Assembly: GCF_035084215.1 (NCBI RefSeq)
Contig: NW_027139729.1
Location: forward strand, 1,612,001-1,676,000
Direction: 5' to 3'
Length of the DNA: 64,000 nt
Source of the DNA: Heptranchias perlo
Lineage: Eukaryota
The notes below the pieces were generated by a model. The model saw only the letters and a program-made list of their open reading frames with translations. It was not told the DNA's origin and searched no databases. The translations under genes and the position numbers were made by a program. Positions 1 through 14,658 of the stretch are shown piece by piece; within the stretch, counting starts at the first letter, position 1; every line of letters begins with the position of its first letter.

Positions 1-561
1 ACAAACTGTTCGCCAGATTGACAATTCCCGGGACAGGCTTTCCTCCCCGCTCGGCCTGTGCTGCAGATTCTCGGGGGTTAGTTGTCGTTTCCCAGCTCAG
101 TAATTGTTAAACACTCTGAGGCCGCCGCTCCCCACAGTGTCTGGTCCCCAGTTTCAGGGGCAGGAGACAATCACAGCTGTGGATGTGATAATCCATATCT
201 GGTTTTACATGGTTATATTAGTCACACTCAGCAATATGTTTGGTTGAGACGATAATACAAATTATCTGCTCTGGGCTCCTCCAGTCTCTCTGTCTTTCTC
301 TCCCTCCTCCTAAACTGACTGACAGACAAAAGTAACTGGTGTCCTATCCGTCCCATTCTCAACACCCAGAGACGGCCAGTTACTGAATAAATTCAACATT
401 CATCGGCAGTCCAGTGTCAGACAGTTGCAGGCTGTTTCTCTCCACCTTTCCTTACTGGACTGGAGACTGATAAATGCACCGTCAGATCGGCTCATACAGA
501 ATAGAAGGGACAGTGACCGTCTCACCAACAGCACCGGAGGTCTGTTCACAGACACAGAATC
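1..561 (+). repeat. Direct segmental duplicate of 11313-11871 (region upstream of H1)
   Basis: ACAAACTGTTCGCCAGATTG... through CAGACACAGAATCAG aligns at high identity with 11313-11871. Confidence 0.9.
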
Positions 562-1287
562 AGACAAATTCACATTGTCTGTCGTTGTGACAGATTCAGG
601 ACAAAGTGCAATGTGAGGAAATAGTTTCTCTCTGTAACTTCTACTCTCGTATTTTTTCATATTTTGACAGTGAAATATTAAGACAATTGAATCAGAATAA
701 AGTTTTGGTTTCACTCATTCGATAGTTGTGAATTTGCCCCATTATATTTCACTCGACATTGCGCAATATTTCTGTCTGATTTCTCAGGACACGATTTAGA
801 TTAATACAAATAAACCGAACTGAAACAGAAATAAAAACTGAGCACAAAGCTGGAAGTTTTAATGGCGCCCGTCAAAGGTGAAAGGGATAAAATAGAGAGA
901 AAAAAATACCAAAAATGCTGGAAAGACTCAGCAGGTCCGGCAGCATCTGTGGAGAAGGGAAGCTCGGGTTAACGGGTCAGGACTATGACCCTTCTACAGA
1001 TCAGAAAGATTAATCCGACATAATTTAAATAAGGAACGGGAATCAGCAGAGGGAAAAACTTCAGAAAATCAATTAATTTCACTGAATCCGGACAATTGTG
1101 TCCAATATCCACAGTACAGATCAGGGGAAATAATAATACAAAGGGACAGAGTTAAATTCAACATTATGGGGGAAATAAATGAGCTTTAAAAGTATTTTTT
1201 AATATAAATTACACCCGTTTATGTTTTGGAAGCACTATCCCTCTGAACATCATCAAATTCGGTTCCAGTCTTGGTGTTTCTGAATTA

Positions 1288-1356
1288 AGCGAACTGGGAT
1301 TCAAACCTGTTGGAATTAACTGTTTGGAAGGCAGCTATACTCACCATTATAGCGCC
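1288..1356 (-). pseudogene. Degenerate tRNA-Gly(TCC) relic
   Basis: Minus strand TATAATGGTGAGTATAGCTGCCTTCCAAACAGTT matches the D arm and anticodon arm of vertebrate tRNA-Gly-TCC; acceptor stem and T arm are decayed. Confidence 0.65.
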
Positions 1357-1539
1357 TTAGTTCACTCAGAGGGAGAAATAGAGTGTTTCTGTGGAGTTTG
1401 GGTTTTGAGTTTCTGGTACTTTAATCACAGACAATAAATATTTCCCAAACACCAGCCCCTGAACAGACACAACAAACTGGTGGAATTTCTCATTCATAAA
1501 TATTAGATAAGAGGATGACAACAGAGAATAGGAAACGGT

Positions 1540-2470
1540 CAGGAAGATTTCACAAGAACAATTGGGGAAGCAAAGAGGAACTACGAAATTAAATTATCAA
1601 GGAATATCAAAAGAAACAGTAAATTATTCTACAGATGCATAAATAAAACAAGGAAAATCAGAATAGCTTCAGTGCCACAAAGGGATGCACAAAATAAACT
1701 CAGTGGTAACGTCAGTGAAATGCCAGAAATATTGAATGATTACTTTTCCTCAGTATTTACCCGGGAGATTAACAGGGTGAACATGATATTAGAGGAAGGG
1801 GTCAATAAATATATCAAGACATTTAAGTTAGAAAGGGTGGTTAAACTCCTGGTCCAGATGGATTGCATCTGCACATATTAAATGAAGCAAGGGAAAAGAT
1901 AGCAGAGGCACTGTTACATATATCGAAAAAATCATCACAAAAAGGAATAGTGCCAGAGGACTGGATGACAGTTAATGTGATTCTTATAATTTAAAACAGG
2001 AGATAGAACAATTCCAGGGAATTATAGACCAGTTAACTAAAGGTCGGTGGTAGGAATGATCATGGAATCTTTTACTCAATGAAGCAATAGAAAAAAATCT
2101 AGAAACCGAAAATATAATAAAGAATAGTCAGCATGGATTTCAGAAAGGGAAGGTTTAACAGTTTGGCAGAAGGTTTGACAGTTTAAATTACAGTTCACCA
2201 TAACTTATCTGCTTATCAATTCTATTCCTCTAGAAATAAACCCCAGTGCTGTGTTTGCTTTCTGTGGCCTCATCAACCTGTGTTGCTACTTTTAATGATT
2301 TGTCAATCTGTACCCCTAAATCACTTTGCTCTTCTACACCATTTAGACTCTTATTTTCCAAGCAGTGTTTGGCCTCCTTATTCCCCCGAGCAAAATGCAC
2401 CACCTCACAACTTTCTATTTGGTAACTAAATGTCCATTTCCTCCGCCTTTCAGCAAGCTTATTAAATCTT
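1540..2470. mobile_element. CR1-type LINE fragments (mixed orientation)
   Basis: Decayed CR1 ORF2 peptides (LNDYFSSVFT; CEVVHF...EEQSDLGVQI). Confidence 0.65.
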
Positions 2471-2675
2471 CTTGTATTTTGTTGCATTCTTCCTGAGTTT
2501 AGGCTATACCCCCAAAATTAATTACAAGCATTTAATACAGCATTCCAACTCATGTTTGGTCCAACAAAATGTTCTCCATTCCCAGTTTCTCCAAATCCCA
2601 CCCGTGCAATATAATGTGAAGAATGAGTTTATCTTCTGTCCCTCTCTCATCTGTAAACTTCAATGACCCGGGGTT

Positions 2676-2709
2676 TGGGGACATCTACTGGCCGGAAGCA
2701 GAACTGCAA
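2676..2709 (-). promoter_or_regulatory. Candidate CTCF site with upstream motif
   Basis: Minus strand TGCAGTTCTGCTTCCGGCCAGTAGATGTCCCC. Confidence 0.5.
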
Positions 2710-3229
2710 GAGTTCGGAACAAATTGCTGAAACCGGACAATGTGCAGTGTGAGCGTGTTTGTGATTGGTGGCAGATACTAAATGTGATTGGATATCTGAA
2801 GAAACCAATCAGAGAGTGAAAGTAAATGTTTTGTGTCCTCACGCCCAATCGTCCAATCACAATCATTGCCTTCCCCCATCCCTCATTACCATAGGGCTGT
2901 GGGGCTGCCTATTTAATCCGAGCTCGGAGCGGATTTGGGTCATTTCTGGGTCTGAAATTGAGTTTGAAAATGCCTGAGGACAAGAAAGCAGCTCCCAAGA
3001 AGGGCGCCAAGAAAACCTTGAGTAAAGCACCAGCCAAGGGCGGCAAGAAGCGGAGAAAGTCGAGGAAGGAGAGTTACTCCATCTACGTCTACAAAGTGAT
3101 GAAGCAGGTTCACCCCGACACCGGCATCTCCTCCAAGGCCATGAGCATCATGAACTCCTTTGTGAACGATATTTTCGAGTTGTAAACAATTTTACAACAC
3201 CAAGTTATAGTCCAGCAATTTTATTTTAA

Positions 3230-3270
3230 ATTCACAAGCTTTCGGAGATTTTCTCCTTCCTCAGGCAAAT
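3230..3270 (-). ncRNA. Minimal type I hammerhead ribozyme of the PLE
   Basis: ATTTGC-CTGAGGA-A-GGAG(AAAAT)CTCC-GAAA-GCTT-GTGAAT: catalytic core, stem II, palindromic stem III, stem I. Confidence 0.8.
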
Positions 3271-3519
3271 GTTTCAAGATCTCCTTGAAGCCTACGCATT
3301 TATACATATTGAACAATACATGGTGTTTACAGACTGCCCCTGCAACTGCCCGTTGCCAAGGCAATCACCGTGTTCAGACAGAGAGGTGTTACCTGCAGAA
3401 CCCCCGAATACACATTCAACAAAAAAACAAACAGGGAAAAAAAAACAGAGAAAAAAAAAAACACAGAGAGAGGCAGAAACATCCGGAAGGCAGAGAGAGC
3501 CAGCAAATGACCCATTATA

Positions 3520-5498
<1,979 letters not shown>

Positions 5499-5531
5499 TA
5501 AAACTCGACAATGTACTGAAAAAAAAACAAC

Positions 5532-5547
5532 GGCTCTTTTAAGAGCC
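5532..5547 (+). terminator. Histone 3' stem-loop (H2B copy 1)
   Basis: GGCTCTTTTAAGAGCC followed by ACCCA and the purine-rich HDE GAAGGAGCTG. Confidence 0.9.
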
Positions 5548-6160
5548 ACCCACAACCTCTCTGAAGGAGCTGCATTTCCGATATATTTACATAGTATGTT
5601 TTTAATACCGCGATATTATTCCAATCGAAAACTGATACTCTACGCCGTTGAAATTTCTGACCCATAAACTGAACACGAGTTTCTGATCCGCTCCTTCCCA
5701 TTCGCTTTGTTCTTAAAGCGTTACTATTCCGGCGACGAACACACCCTGAATGACCCCTTAGCATTTCCATTATCTCTATGAATTCAGTCTCCCCACATTA
5801 AAAGCAAACCCACCCCTTGCAGTAACATAGCGGAATAGGGGCAGAATGAGAACTCCGTCCGGGTCCGTCTTTTCACAGAAACACTCTCGGCTCTGTGAGA
5901 AGGGACCAATCTATAACGTGTCACTTTTATAAAGACTAAATTGAAATGTGTCCCTTCACGGAATGCTGTGAATGGGGATTTAGTCCCGAACGGTACAGTT
6001 TGAAAGCGATGATAAAATTAGCGAAAATTTAAAGCAGATTTTAAAATAGCGCCAGCGATTGGTGACGGGTAGCGCTGAATAAGACAAGATAAAAAGAACG
6101 GGTTTAAAATCTTGTGCTCAGGGCGACATTGATCGAAATCCGGTCCTTTACTGCACTGAA

Positions 6161-6180
6161 ATTGGCGGGCTTTTTGAAAT
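6161..6180 (+). promoter_or_regulatory. E2F/CDE-CHR-like element upstream of H2A
   Basis: ATTGGCGGGCTTTTTGAAAT; CCAAT boxes and TATAAG follow at ~6248-6318. Confidence 0.45.
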
Positions 6181-6316
6181 TCATCAAATTCCTGGTCTGA
6201 CCGTTGAGGCCGGTAAATCCCGCCCTCTTCTGTTTCTCAGCTATCTGATTGGTTAATGAAATAGGCAAATGAGGTGTATTAAAGAAGAACCAATCAGATG
6301 ATCTTTCAGTCTATAA

Positions 6317-6766
<450 letters not shown>

Positions 6767-6796
6767 AGCGGTCAAGATTTAATCTGATAACCCAAA

Positions 6797-6812
6797 GGCT
6801 CTTTTCAGAGCC
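6797..6812 (+). terminator. Histone 3' stem-loop (H2A copy 1)
   Basis: GGCTCTTTTCAGAGCC ACCCA, HDE GAAAGGGCTG. Confidence 0.93.
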
Positions 6813-6938
6813 ACCCACTGTGTCTGTGAAAGGGCTGGCCACTGTCTGTGGGCTCAGGAATTAACTTCAAAAGGACTTGATTTCGATTCGAGAAACTAAC
6901 AATAACTTGTTATGAACAAATGATCCATATCGGTCTGT

Positions 6939-6971
6939 TGCAGTACTCGCTTTCGGACCGCAGATGTCGCC
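6939..6971 (+). promoter_or_regulatory. Candidate CTCF site with upstream motif
   Basis: TGCAGTACTCGCTTTCGGACCGCAGATGTCGCC. Confidence 0.5.
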
Positions 6972-7361
6972 AACCTCCAATAGATTGAAATTTGCAGTTT
7001 GTCTGGTGAATGAGACAAAATACCAGAACCGTTAGAATTGCCAACTGGGCGGGTGGGATACAGAAATACCAGGGACGCTTAATATTATTTACCGTCCAAT
7101 CCTCGGACAACACTGGTTCAGTCTGTGTTATTTTACCCAGATTTGTACAACAGATGCTGACTAATGTGCTGTTATTGTATCAGCGATTACTGAATTAAGA
7201 ATGTGAGTGATATTTGTGTTTGGATGAGTGAGGTATTTATTCTGTCCCTGTCCGTCTGATATCTGCTCCCTCCCCTTTGTACATTTCCCGTTTAAGCAAA
7301 TTTCTCACGGCCCTGCCATTTCAACAAAGGAGATCACAGCTCTTTCCATCGCCGATTTGGT

Positions 7362-7377
7362 GGCTCTGAAAAGAGCC
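7362..7377 (-). terminator. Histone 3' stem-loop (H3)
   Basis: Minus strand GGCTCTTTTCAGAGCC, HDE AAAGAGCTG. Confidence 0.93.
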
Positions 7378-7410
7378 TTTGTTGCACTTGGTGCTGAAGC
7401 CGGGTCGGGT

Positions 7411-7890
<480 letters not shown>

Positions 7891-8660
7891 TTATAAAGGG
7901 TCTAAGGGGATCCGCCCCTGGCCTCTGATTGGCTTCAGTCCCACACCCAGTCAGGGAGGGATCGCCCCTGGACGATGATTGATCCGAGCTCAGTCAGTCA
8001 GACCGAAACGGCGGGAGTTATTGGGCCCCAATTGGCTGAGCTGAAATTAATCATCAATTTCAAAAAGCCCGCCAATTTCAGAGCATCAAATAACAGTTTC
8101 AAGAAAATCTCATTTCCCTCCAGCAATTTAAGAATCTCTCTCTTTATAATCTCCATTATTTCCGACTCGTCAGCTTAAATCTCAGGCTGTTTCACATTCC
8201 GGTTCATTCTCTGATCTGTCTGTAAACGGGCGGGAATAAAGCCCCGGTCATTGCTTTCCGGAACGGGACAAAGTCCAGCTTCAATTTCAAAAATCCCGCC
8301 AGTTCCGGCCCGGTGAACCGCTCCTCAAACAGAAACTTCACATCGAACTGATAATTGAATGAGGGCAGGAAATAAAGACCGAGCAGAGAGGACACAGCGG
8401 GAGAGGGAGTGAGGCGGGATTTTACTCTGAGCGGAGAATGTAATGTCTGGGGAAAGACTCTGGATCCCCGCCTGTTCATTTATACCGTGAAACCGGGAAT
8501 TCCGCTGCTTCTCTCGGGATGGCCGAGAACCCCGGCCGTTGTTTCTGATCTCCCTGTACCGAGTGTTGGGGAATCTCCCCATAATAATTAAATATCGGAA
8601 ACTGATTCCCCATCCCGAGATCTTTCCTCTCCCGTTCCCAGGTCAGTGCTCTCTCTGTGA

Positions 8661-8817
8661 TGATGTGGAGATGCCGGTGATGGACTGGGGTTGACAATTG
8701 TAAACAATTTTACAACACCAAGTTATAGTCCAGCAATTTTATTTTAAATTCACAAGCTTTCGGAGATTTTCTCCTTCCTCAGGCAAATGTTTCAAGATCT
8801 TGAAAAATTGTTTACAA
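8661..8817 (-). mobile_element. Non-autonomous 157-bp PLE derivative (pLTR with hammerhead and tail, plus a 14-bp inverted segment), 12-bp TSD CTCTCTCTGTGA
   Basis: 8698-8800 is identical to 3180-3282; TSD at 8649-8660 and 8818-8829; empty site in the paralogous H4 at ~14265-14276. Confidence 0.92.
8748..8788 (-). ncRNA. Minimal hammerhead ribozyme (second copy)
   Basis: Identical to 3230-3270. Confidence 0.8.
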
Positions 8818-8839
8818 CTCTCTCTGTGAGGCGGTGGGT

Positions 8840-8855
8840 GGCTCTTAGAAGAGCC
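8840..8855 (-). terminator. Histone 3' stem-loop (H4 copy 1)
   Basis: Minus strand GGCTCTTCTAAGAGCC ACCCA. Confidence 0.9.
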
Positions 8856-8890
8856 TTTGTTTTGTGTTTGGTCAGAAAGGGTCGAGTTGT

Positions 8891-9211
<321 letters not shown>

Positions 9212-10062
9212 TCACTCAAATCGCTGCTGAATGAATAACAAATTTATGCTGCTTCCGTTTTTATGCAGCCTGCCCCGACCTGACTGAAACAGGCACAGGG
9301 TAAGAGAGGGAGGGGAGGAGACAGAGTTAGATATTAAACAGGGAGGGGAGGAGACAGAGTGAGAGATCAAACAGAGAGGGGAGGAGAGATTCAGAGTGAC
9401 GGACAGAGCGGAGAGCGGCCTCTGATCTTCCAGCTCCACCTCCAGCTTTCTCCGCCCGCCAATTTCAAACCGTTTATCGATAATAGAACCGAAACACAGC
9501 GCTCCGCACAAACCCTTACAGACTCGGGCTTCATATTCAAGGATTTCCAGAAACCCGGAGCTTTTCAATAAGCCCCGTTACAATTAACAGTCAGTAATAT
9601 TCCTGCCTAAATACAGTCCTTTCTATAACAAGTCAACCCGCCTCCTTCCATTTCAGTCCCAGACCCGATTCGATCTCCCCACACATCCCCTCCCAGACGG
9701 GTTCAGCAGTTTACAAACACTTTATTCCAGCTGATTTGGAGAATCTCATGTGTTGGGGTTTGAATTGTGATAGTTGCGGATCTCCGCCAGTTTTACCCTG
9801 TCACCGACTCTCGCCCTGAATCTGGAAGAAAAAATGAACTGTGACTGGAGCCGAACACACGCCAGTTCCAGTGAGGCCCGGCCCGGACATCCCATTCTCT
9901 CTATTTTATTTCAGACAGTGGGGGTCGGGCGGGGATAGCGAATATCAGCGAGTCACCAGGACCCTGGGTTTATTTGAAATGATTTCTATCTGAAATCTGA
10001 GCCAGGCCCCTGGACAGGAATCATCTGATTCCGGGATCAGCTCTTTTCTGAGAGACGTGGGT

Positions 10063-10078
10063 GGCTCTGAGAAGAGCC
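10063..10078 (-). terminator. Histone 3' stem-loop (H1)
   Basis: Minus strand GGCTCTTCTCAGAGCC ACCCA, HDE AAAAGAGCTG. Confidence 0.93.
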
Positions 10079-10114
10079 GTTGGGTTCAGATGGTCACAAG
10101 TTGCACTTGATTTT

Positions 10115-10732
10115 TTATTTCTTTTTGCCCGCTGCTTTCTTGGGCTTTGCTGACTTCGGCTTGGGCTTGGCCCTCGGTTTTTTCACCTTCTTCGCCTTCG
10201 CCTTCACTGGCTTGGGGGTCTTGGGCTTCTTCGCCGCCGCTTTCTTCTTAATTGGTGATTTCGCCGCCTTTTTCGTGGTCGATTTCTTGACCGCTGGTTT
10301 CTTGGCCGTTAATTTCTTGGCGGCTGTTTTTTTGGCCGCTGTTTTCTTTCCGGGAGATTTCTTGGTCACTTGTTTCTTCACCTTCTTTACCACTTTTGCC
10401 TGGGTTTCCTTCTTAGCGACTCTGAAGGAGCCCGAGGCGCCCGTGCCCTTGATCTGCACCAGGGAGCCTTTTTCCACATTTCTCTTGATACTTAATTTGA
10501 TCTGGGACCGGTGCTTCTCCACATCCAGGCCTTTGGTAGCCAGAACCTTCTTTATCGCGGCCAGGGATATCCCCTTGCGATCCTTGCAATCCGCCACAAT
10601 CTTGAGGATCTGTTCGCCCAACGGGGGACCGGTGGTCTTGGGTCGGGGAACCGCCTTCTTCTTCTTGGGAGCCTTGGGTGGAGCGGCGGCGGCGGCAGGA
10701 GGAGCCGCTTCTGCGGCTGCAGTGTCTGTCAT
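10115..10732 (-). CDS. H1: Linker histone H1
   Basis: MTDTAAAEAAPP..., globular domain ending KGTGASGSFRV, Lys/Ala/Pro-rich tail; 205 aa. Confidence 0.96.
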   Translation of the reverse strand: MTDTAAAEAAPPAAAAAPPKAPKKKKAVPRPKTTGPPLGEQILKIVADCKDRKGISLAAIKKVLATKGLDVEKHRSQIKLSIKRNVEKGSLVQIKGTGASGSFRVAKKETQAKVVKKVKKQVTKKSPGKKTAAKKTAAKKLTAKKPAVKKSTTKKAAKSPIKKKAAAKKPKTPKPVKAKAKKVKKPRAKPKPKSAKPKKAAGKKK

Positions 10733-10876
10733 GTCCGGGAATCTGCAGAAAACCTCTCTGACAGTCAGAGCTGGGTGAGAAATGAAACGAGAGGCGGCGG
10801 CACAGAGCAACTTAAAGGCACAGAGCGGACGGGGCGGAGACATCCTGCTGTCAGCTCCCGGCCCCTCCAGCCTCTC

Positions 10877-10883
10877 TGTGTTT
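10877..10883 (-). promoter_or_regulatory. H1 box (AAACACA)
   Basis: AAACACA on the minus strand upstream of H1, with a GC box at ~10831. Confidence 0.6.
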
Positions 10884-11312
10884 CTCTCTCCTCTTAAACT
10901 CCCCGATTCCAATTCAAATCGGGCACTCCAGAGTCCCAGACTAGCCCCTTCCCATCTCTAACACCGGGATGTTTGCTGTCGAAAAACTTTCACCGGAATT
11001 AAAAGCACCAGTTTCGATTTAAACCCGTTTCATTGCTGCACTGATCGCGCTCTCTCACCCGATCGCTGACATGATCTCCGTTTTTCGGCTGAAATCTTGA
11101 ATTGATCTGAAACTTTACCTTAAATTTCCACTTCGGAGCTCGGCAGGGGAGGAGGGCGTTCCTTTGACAGGGATTTTTTTAAATTTTACTCAAAATAGAC
11201 TTGGAAATCCGGCGATGAGACCGGCCACACAAACACAGTGACATTAATCTAACCCGCCCGCCCCTTTAACACACTCTCTCTGACACAATGTTCACATCTT
11301 CACATTCACAGG

Positions 11313-11871
11313 ACAAACTGTTCGCCAGATTGACAATTCCCGGGACAGGCTTTCCTCCCCGCTCGGCCTGTGCTGCAGATTCTCGGGGGTTAGTTGTAGT
11401 TTCCCAGCTCAGTAACTGTTAAACACTCTGAGGCCAGCGCTCCTCACAGTGTCTGGTCCCCAGATTCAGGGACAGGAGACAATCACAGCTGTGGATGTGA
11501 TAATCCACACCTGGTTTTACATTATTATATTGATCCACACCGAAATATGTTTGATTAAGATGAAAATACAAATTATCCGCTCTGGGCTCCTCCAATCTCT
11601 CTGTGTCTCTCCCTCCTACTAAACTGACTGACAGACAATCGTAACTGGTGTCCTATCCGTCCCGTTCTCAATACCCAGAGACGGCTAGTTACTGAATAAA
11701 TTCAACATTCATAGGCAGTCCAGTGTCAGACAGTTACAGGCTGTTTCTCTCCAACTTTCCTTACTGGACTGGAGACTGATAAATGCACAATCAGACCGGC
11801 GCATACATAATAGAAGGGACAGTGACCGTCTCACCAACAGAACCGGAGGTCTGTTCACAGACACAGAATCA
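11313..11871 (+). repeat. Direct duplicate of 1-561
   Basis: Collinear high-identity match. Confidence 0.9.
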
Positions 11872-12419
11872 GTCTTTACCTTACAACAGGGTGTTCATAT
11901 TACGCTCAGTAACAGTATCCTGCTTTCATGTACAGCACTAGAGAGAGAAAGACAGACCGACAGATAAACAGAGAGAGAGACATACACACAGACACAGTAT
12001 CAGTCTCACACTTCCTATCAGTGTGTCCGTTTCACGCTCAGTAACAGTATCCCACCTTCATGTACAGCACTAGAGATAGAGACACAGAGAGGCACAATAT
12101 CAGTCTCACATTCCCACCAGTGTGTCCGTTTCACACTCAGAATGGGAAGAACCTGCTATTTAAAATCATTGCTGCTTTCTCCCCCCAAACCAATCGTGAA
12201 TGTTCCTGGTTTAGTTCCAGTCTCACTCTGTGGTTGGACAGTGAAGAGTGGAAACAGAGCCGGACAGTAAGGATGTGGGGAGTTATACAAAGAGCATCTA
12301 TTGAAGGCACCAGGTGAGAAGTGTGAAGGATACATTTTAAACAGCGGCTGTTGGGTTTCGGTTGAAAGGTTAGTCCCATGGGAGAGGGGATCAGAAACCT
12401 GACCTGAACAAAGGTCCCT

Positions 12420-13010
12420 GCCCTCTCACACTCACATACAGTTCCACGGACTGAGAAATACAGAATGAATCCCACACTCACACACAGTGCCAGGGAGTGA
12501 GAGATACAGAATGAATCCCACACTCGCACACAGTGCCAGGGAGTGAGAGATACAGAATGAATCCCACACTCACACACAGTGCCAGGGAGTGAGAGATACA
12601 GAATGAATCCCACATTCACATACAATATCAGAGAGTGACAGTTACAGAATCAATCCCACGCTCAGACAAAGTATCAGAGAGTGACAGATACAGAATGAAA
12701 CCCTCAGTCACATACAATACCAGAGACTGACAGATACAGAATCAATCCCACACTCACACATAGTACCAGAGAGTAAGATACAGAATAAATTCGTCACTCA
12801 CATACAGTATCAGAGAGTGACAGTTACAGAATCAATCCCACGCTCAGACAAAGTACCAGAGAGTGACAGATACAGAATGAAACCCTCAGTCACATACAAT
12901 ACCAGAAACTGACAGATACAGAATCAATTCCACACTCACATACAGTTCCACAGACTGACAGATACTGAATGAATCCCACACACACAGGACCAGAGACTGA
13001 CAGATTCAGA
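12420..13010 (-). repeat. ~46-bp minisatellite (same family as 20410-21230, opposite strand)
   Basis: Repeated GATACAGAATGAATCCCACACTCACACACAGT. Confidence 0.85.
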
Positions 13011-14286
13011 ATTGCTGCTTTACTCGGTCTTCATCCTTTGAATCTGGTGGAGAAATTGAAATAAAGTCAGTGAAACTGCCCCATTTTAATGTTTGTCTCT
13101 GTAGAATTTACTGCCCAATAAAGTGAACACGGATCCGGGGTCCGTTCAATTCCCCTTTTGCTTTGCTCTTGCTCTCATTCAGATTTACACCGCCCCCGGT
13201 TTTCCCGTTAACCACCACTTTCAGGGCGAAGAATCAGAATTCAGTTCCTTCCTCTTTCTCACTGCGGAGCCAGTCTCTGAAATAATTAATTACTGATATT
13301 AATATCCCGCATATTAGCAGCCCGTTCCCCGCATTGTAACAATCCAGAATGAACGCCTCGGGGAAAAGAACAGGCTCATTTTCAGGCTTCGTCAATGATT
13401 CCGTTTTCAGGACACACGGCTCCTGTTCAGTCCCTGCAACGGAATCAATCGATAACCTGTAATTTGTTACTTTTACAGGTAGAAGTGAAATTTGTCCATA
13501 TCAGCAATCTATGAATGGGGTTTTATTCCGCAATTTATGGACAATGTGTTTTTAAACAGCGCTAGGAATCTGGGACGTGTAATACGGAATAACATTATTA
13601 CAAAGAGATTTTAAGTCTTTGTCTGAAAACGACATGTCCGGAGTAATTCACTGATTTCATACACTGAAATTGGCGGCCTTTTTCAAATTTTAAAAAATCG
13701 GTCAATTCTGGCCAATAATTTGCTCTGATTTCTTATTGACGTCTCTCCGATTGGTTAAGGAAATTAGTTTTCAAGCAAAGCAACCAATGAGAAGTAGCCT
13801 CAGTTTGGAGCGGGCTTTGAGAGTTGGGCCTGTGGTAATTCCAGGTCCCCAATGACTGAGCTCAAACGGTTCAATTTCACAAACCCTCTCAGTATCAGTG
13901 TCAGAAACAACCATCAGAGTGAAAATCCATATCACAAGCTGGCCCCTTATCACAGCGGCTCAGCTTAACCTGTTCTCCCATGGAAACCCCCGGTCCCACA
14001 TCACAACATCTGACTGAGAAACAGAACCAAAACAGAGCGAATGGAGTGAAGGAGCATTTCACTGAGGGGGGAAATGCAGGTCCGGGTAAACTCACTTGTA
14101 ACGTTCCCTGGACAATTCAGTGCACTCATTCAGGGAAATTTTCCTCTCAGTAACCGGTGCAGCACGCCGCCGATCCCACGTCACCGTATTGTGTTCCTGA
14201 AAACTCCTTAATTATAAAACTATTCCCGAGCCCCATATATCCCGCACCAGTTCCCAGGTCAGTGCTCTCTCTGTGAGGCGGTGGGT

Positions 14287-14302
14287 GGCTCTTAGAAGAG
14301 CC
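14287..14302 (-). terminator. Histone 3' stem-loop (H4 copy 2)
   Basis: Minus strand GGCTCTTCTAAGAGCC ACCCA. Confidence 0.92.
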
Positions 14303-14337
14303 TTTGTTTTGTGTCCGGTTTGAAAGGGTCGAGTTGT

Positions 14338-14658
<321 letters not shown>

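Larger units (their letters stand above)
563..3179 (+). repeat. Left arm of inverted segmental duplication (partner ~17755-20362), including the H2B promoter and 5' CDS
   Basis: The reverse complement of 17755-20362 matches this interval collinearly, including the CR1 fragments and the tRNA-Gly relic. Confidence 0.9.

Noticed and set aside
10080-10778. Antisense ORFs over histone genes and the PLE
   Set aside because: Shadow frames of GC-rich coding sequence with no independent support
10733-10912. 60-aa N-terminal extension of H1 in the ORF track
   Set aside because: It uses a non-ATG start and runs through the promoter (H1 box, GC box); the real ATG is at 10732
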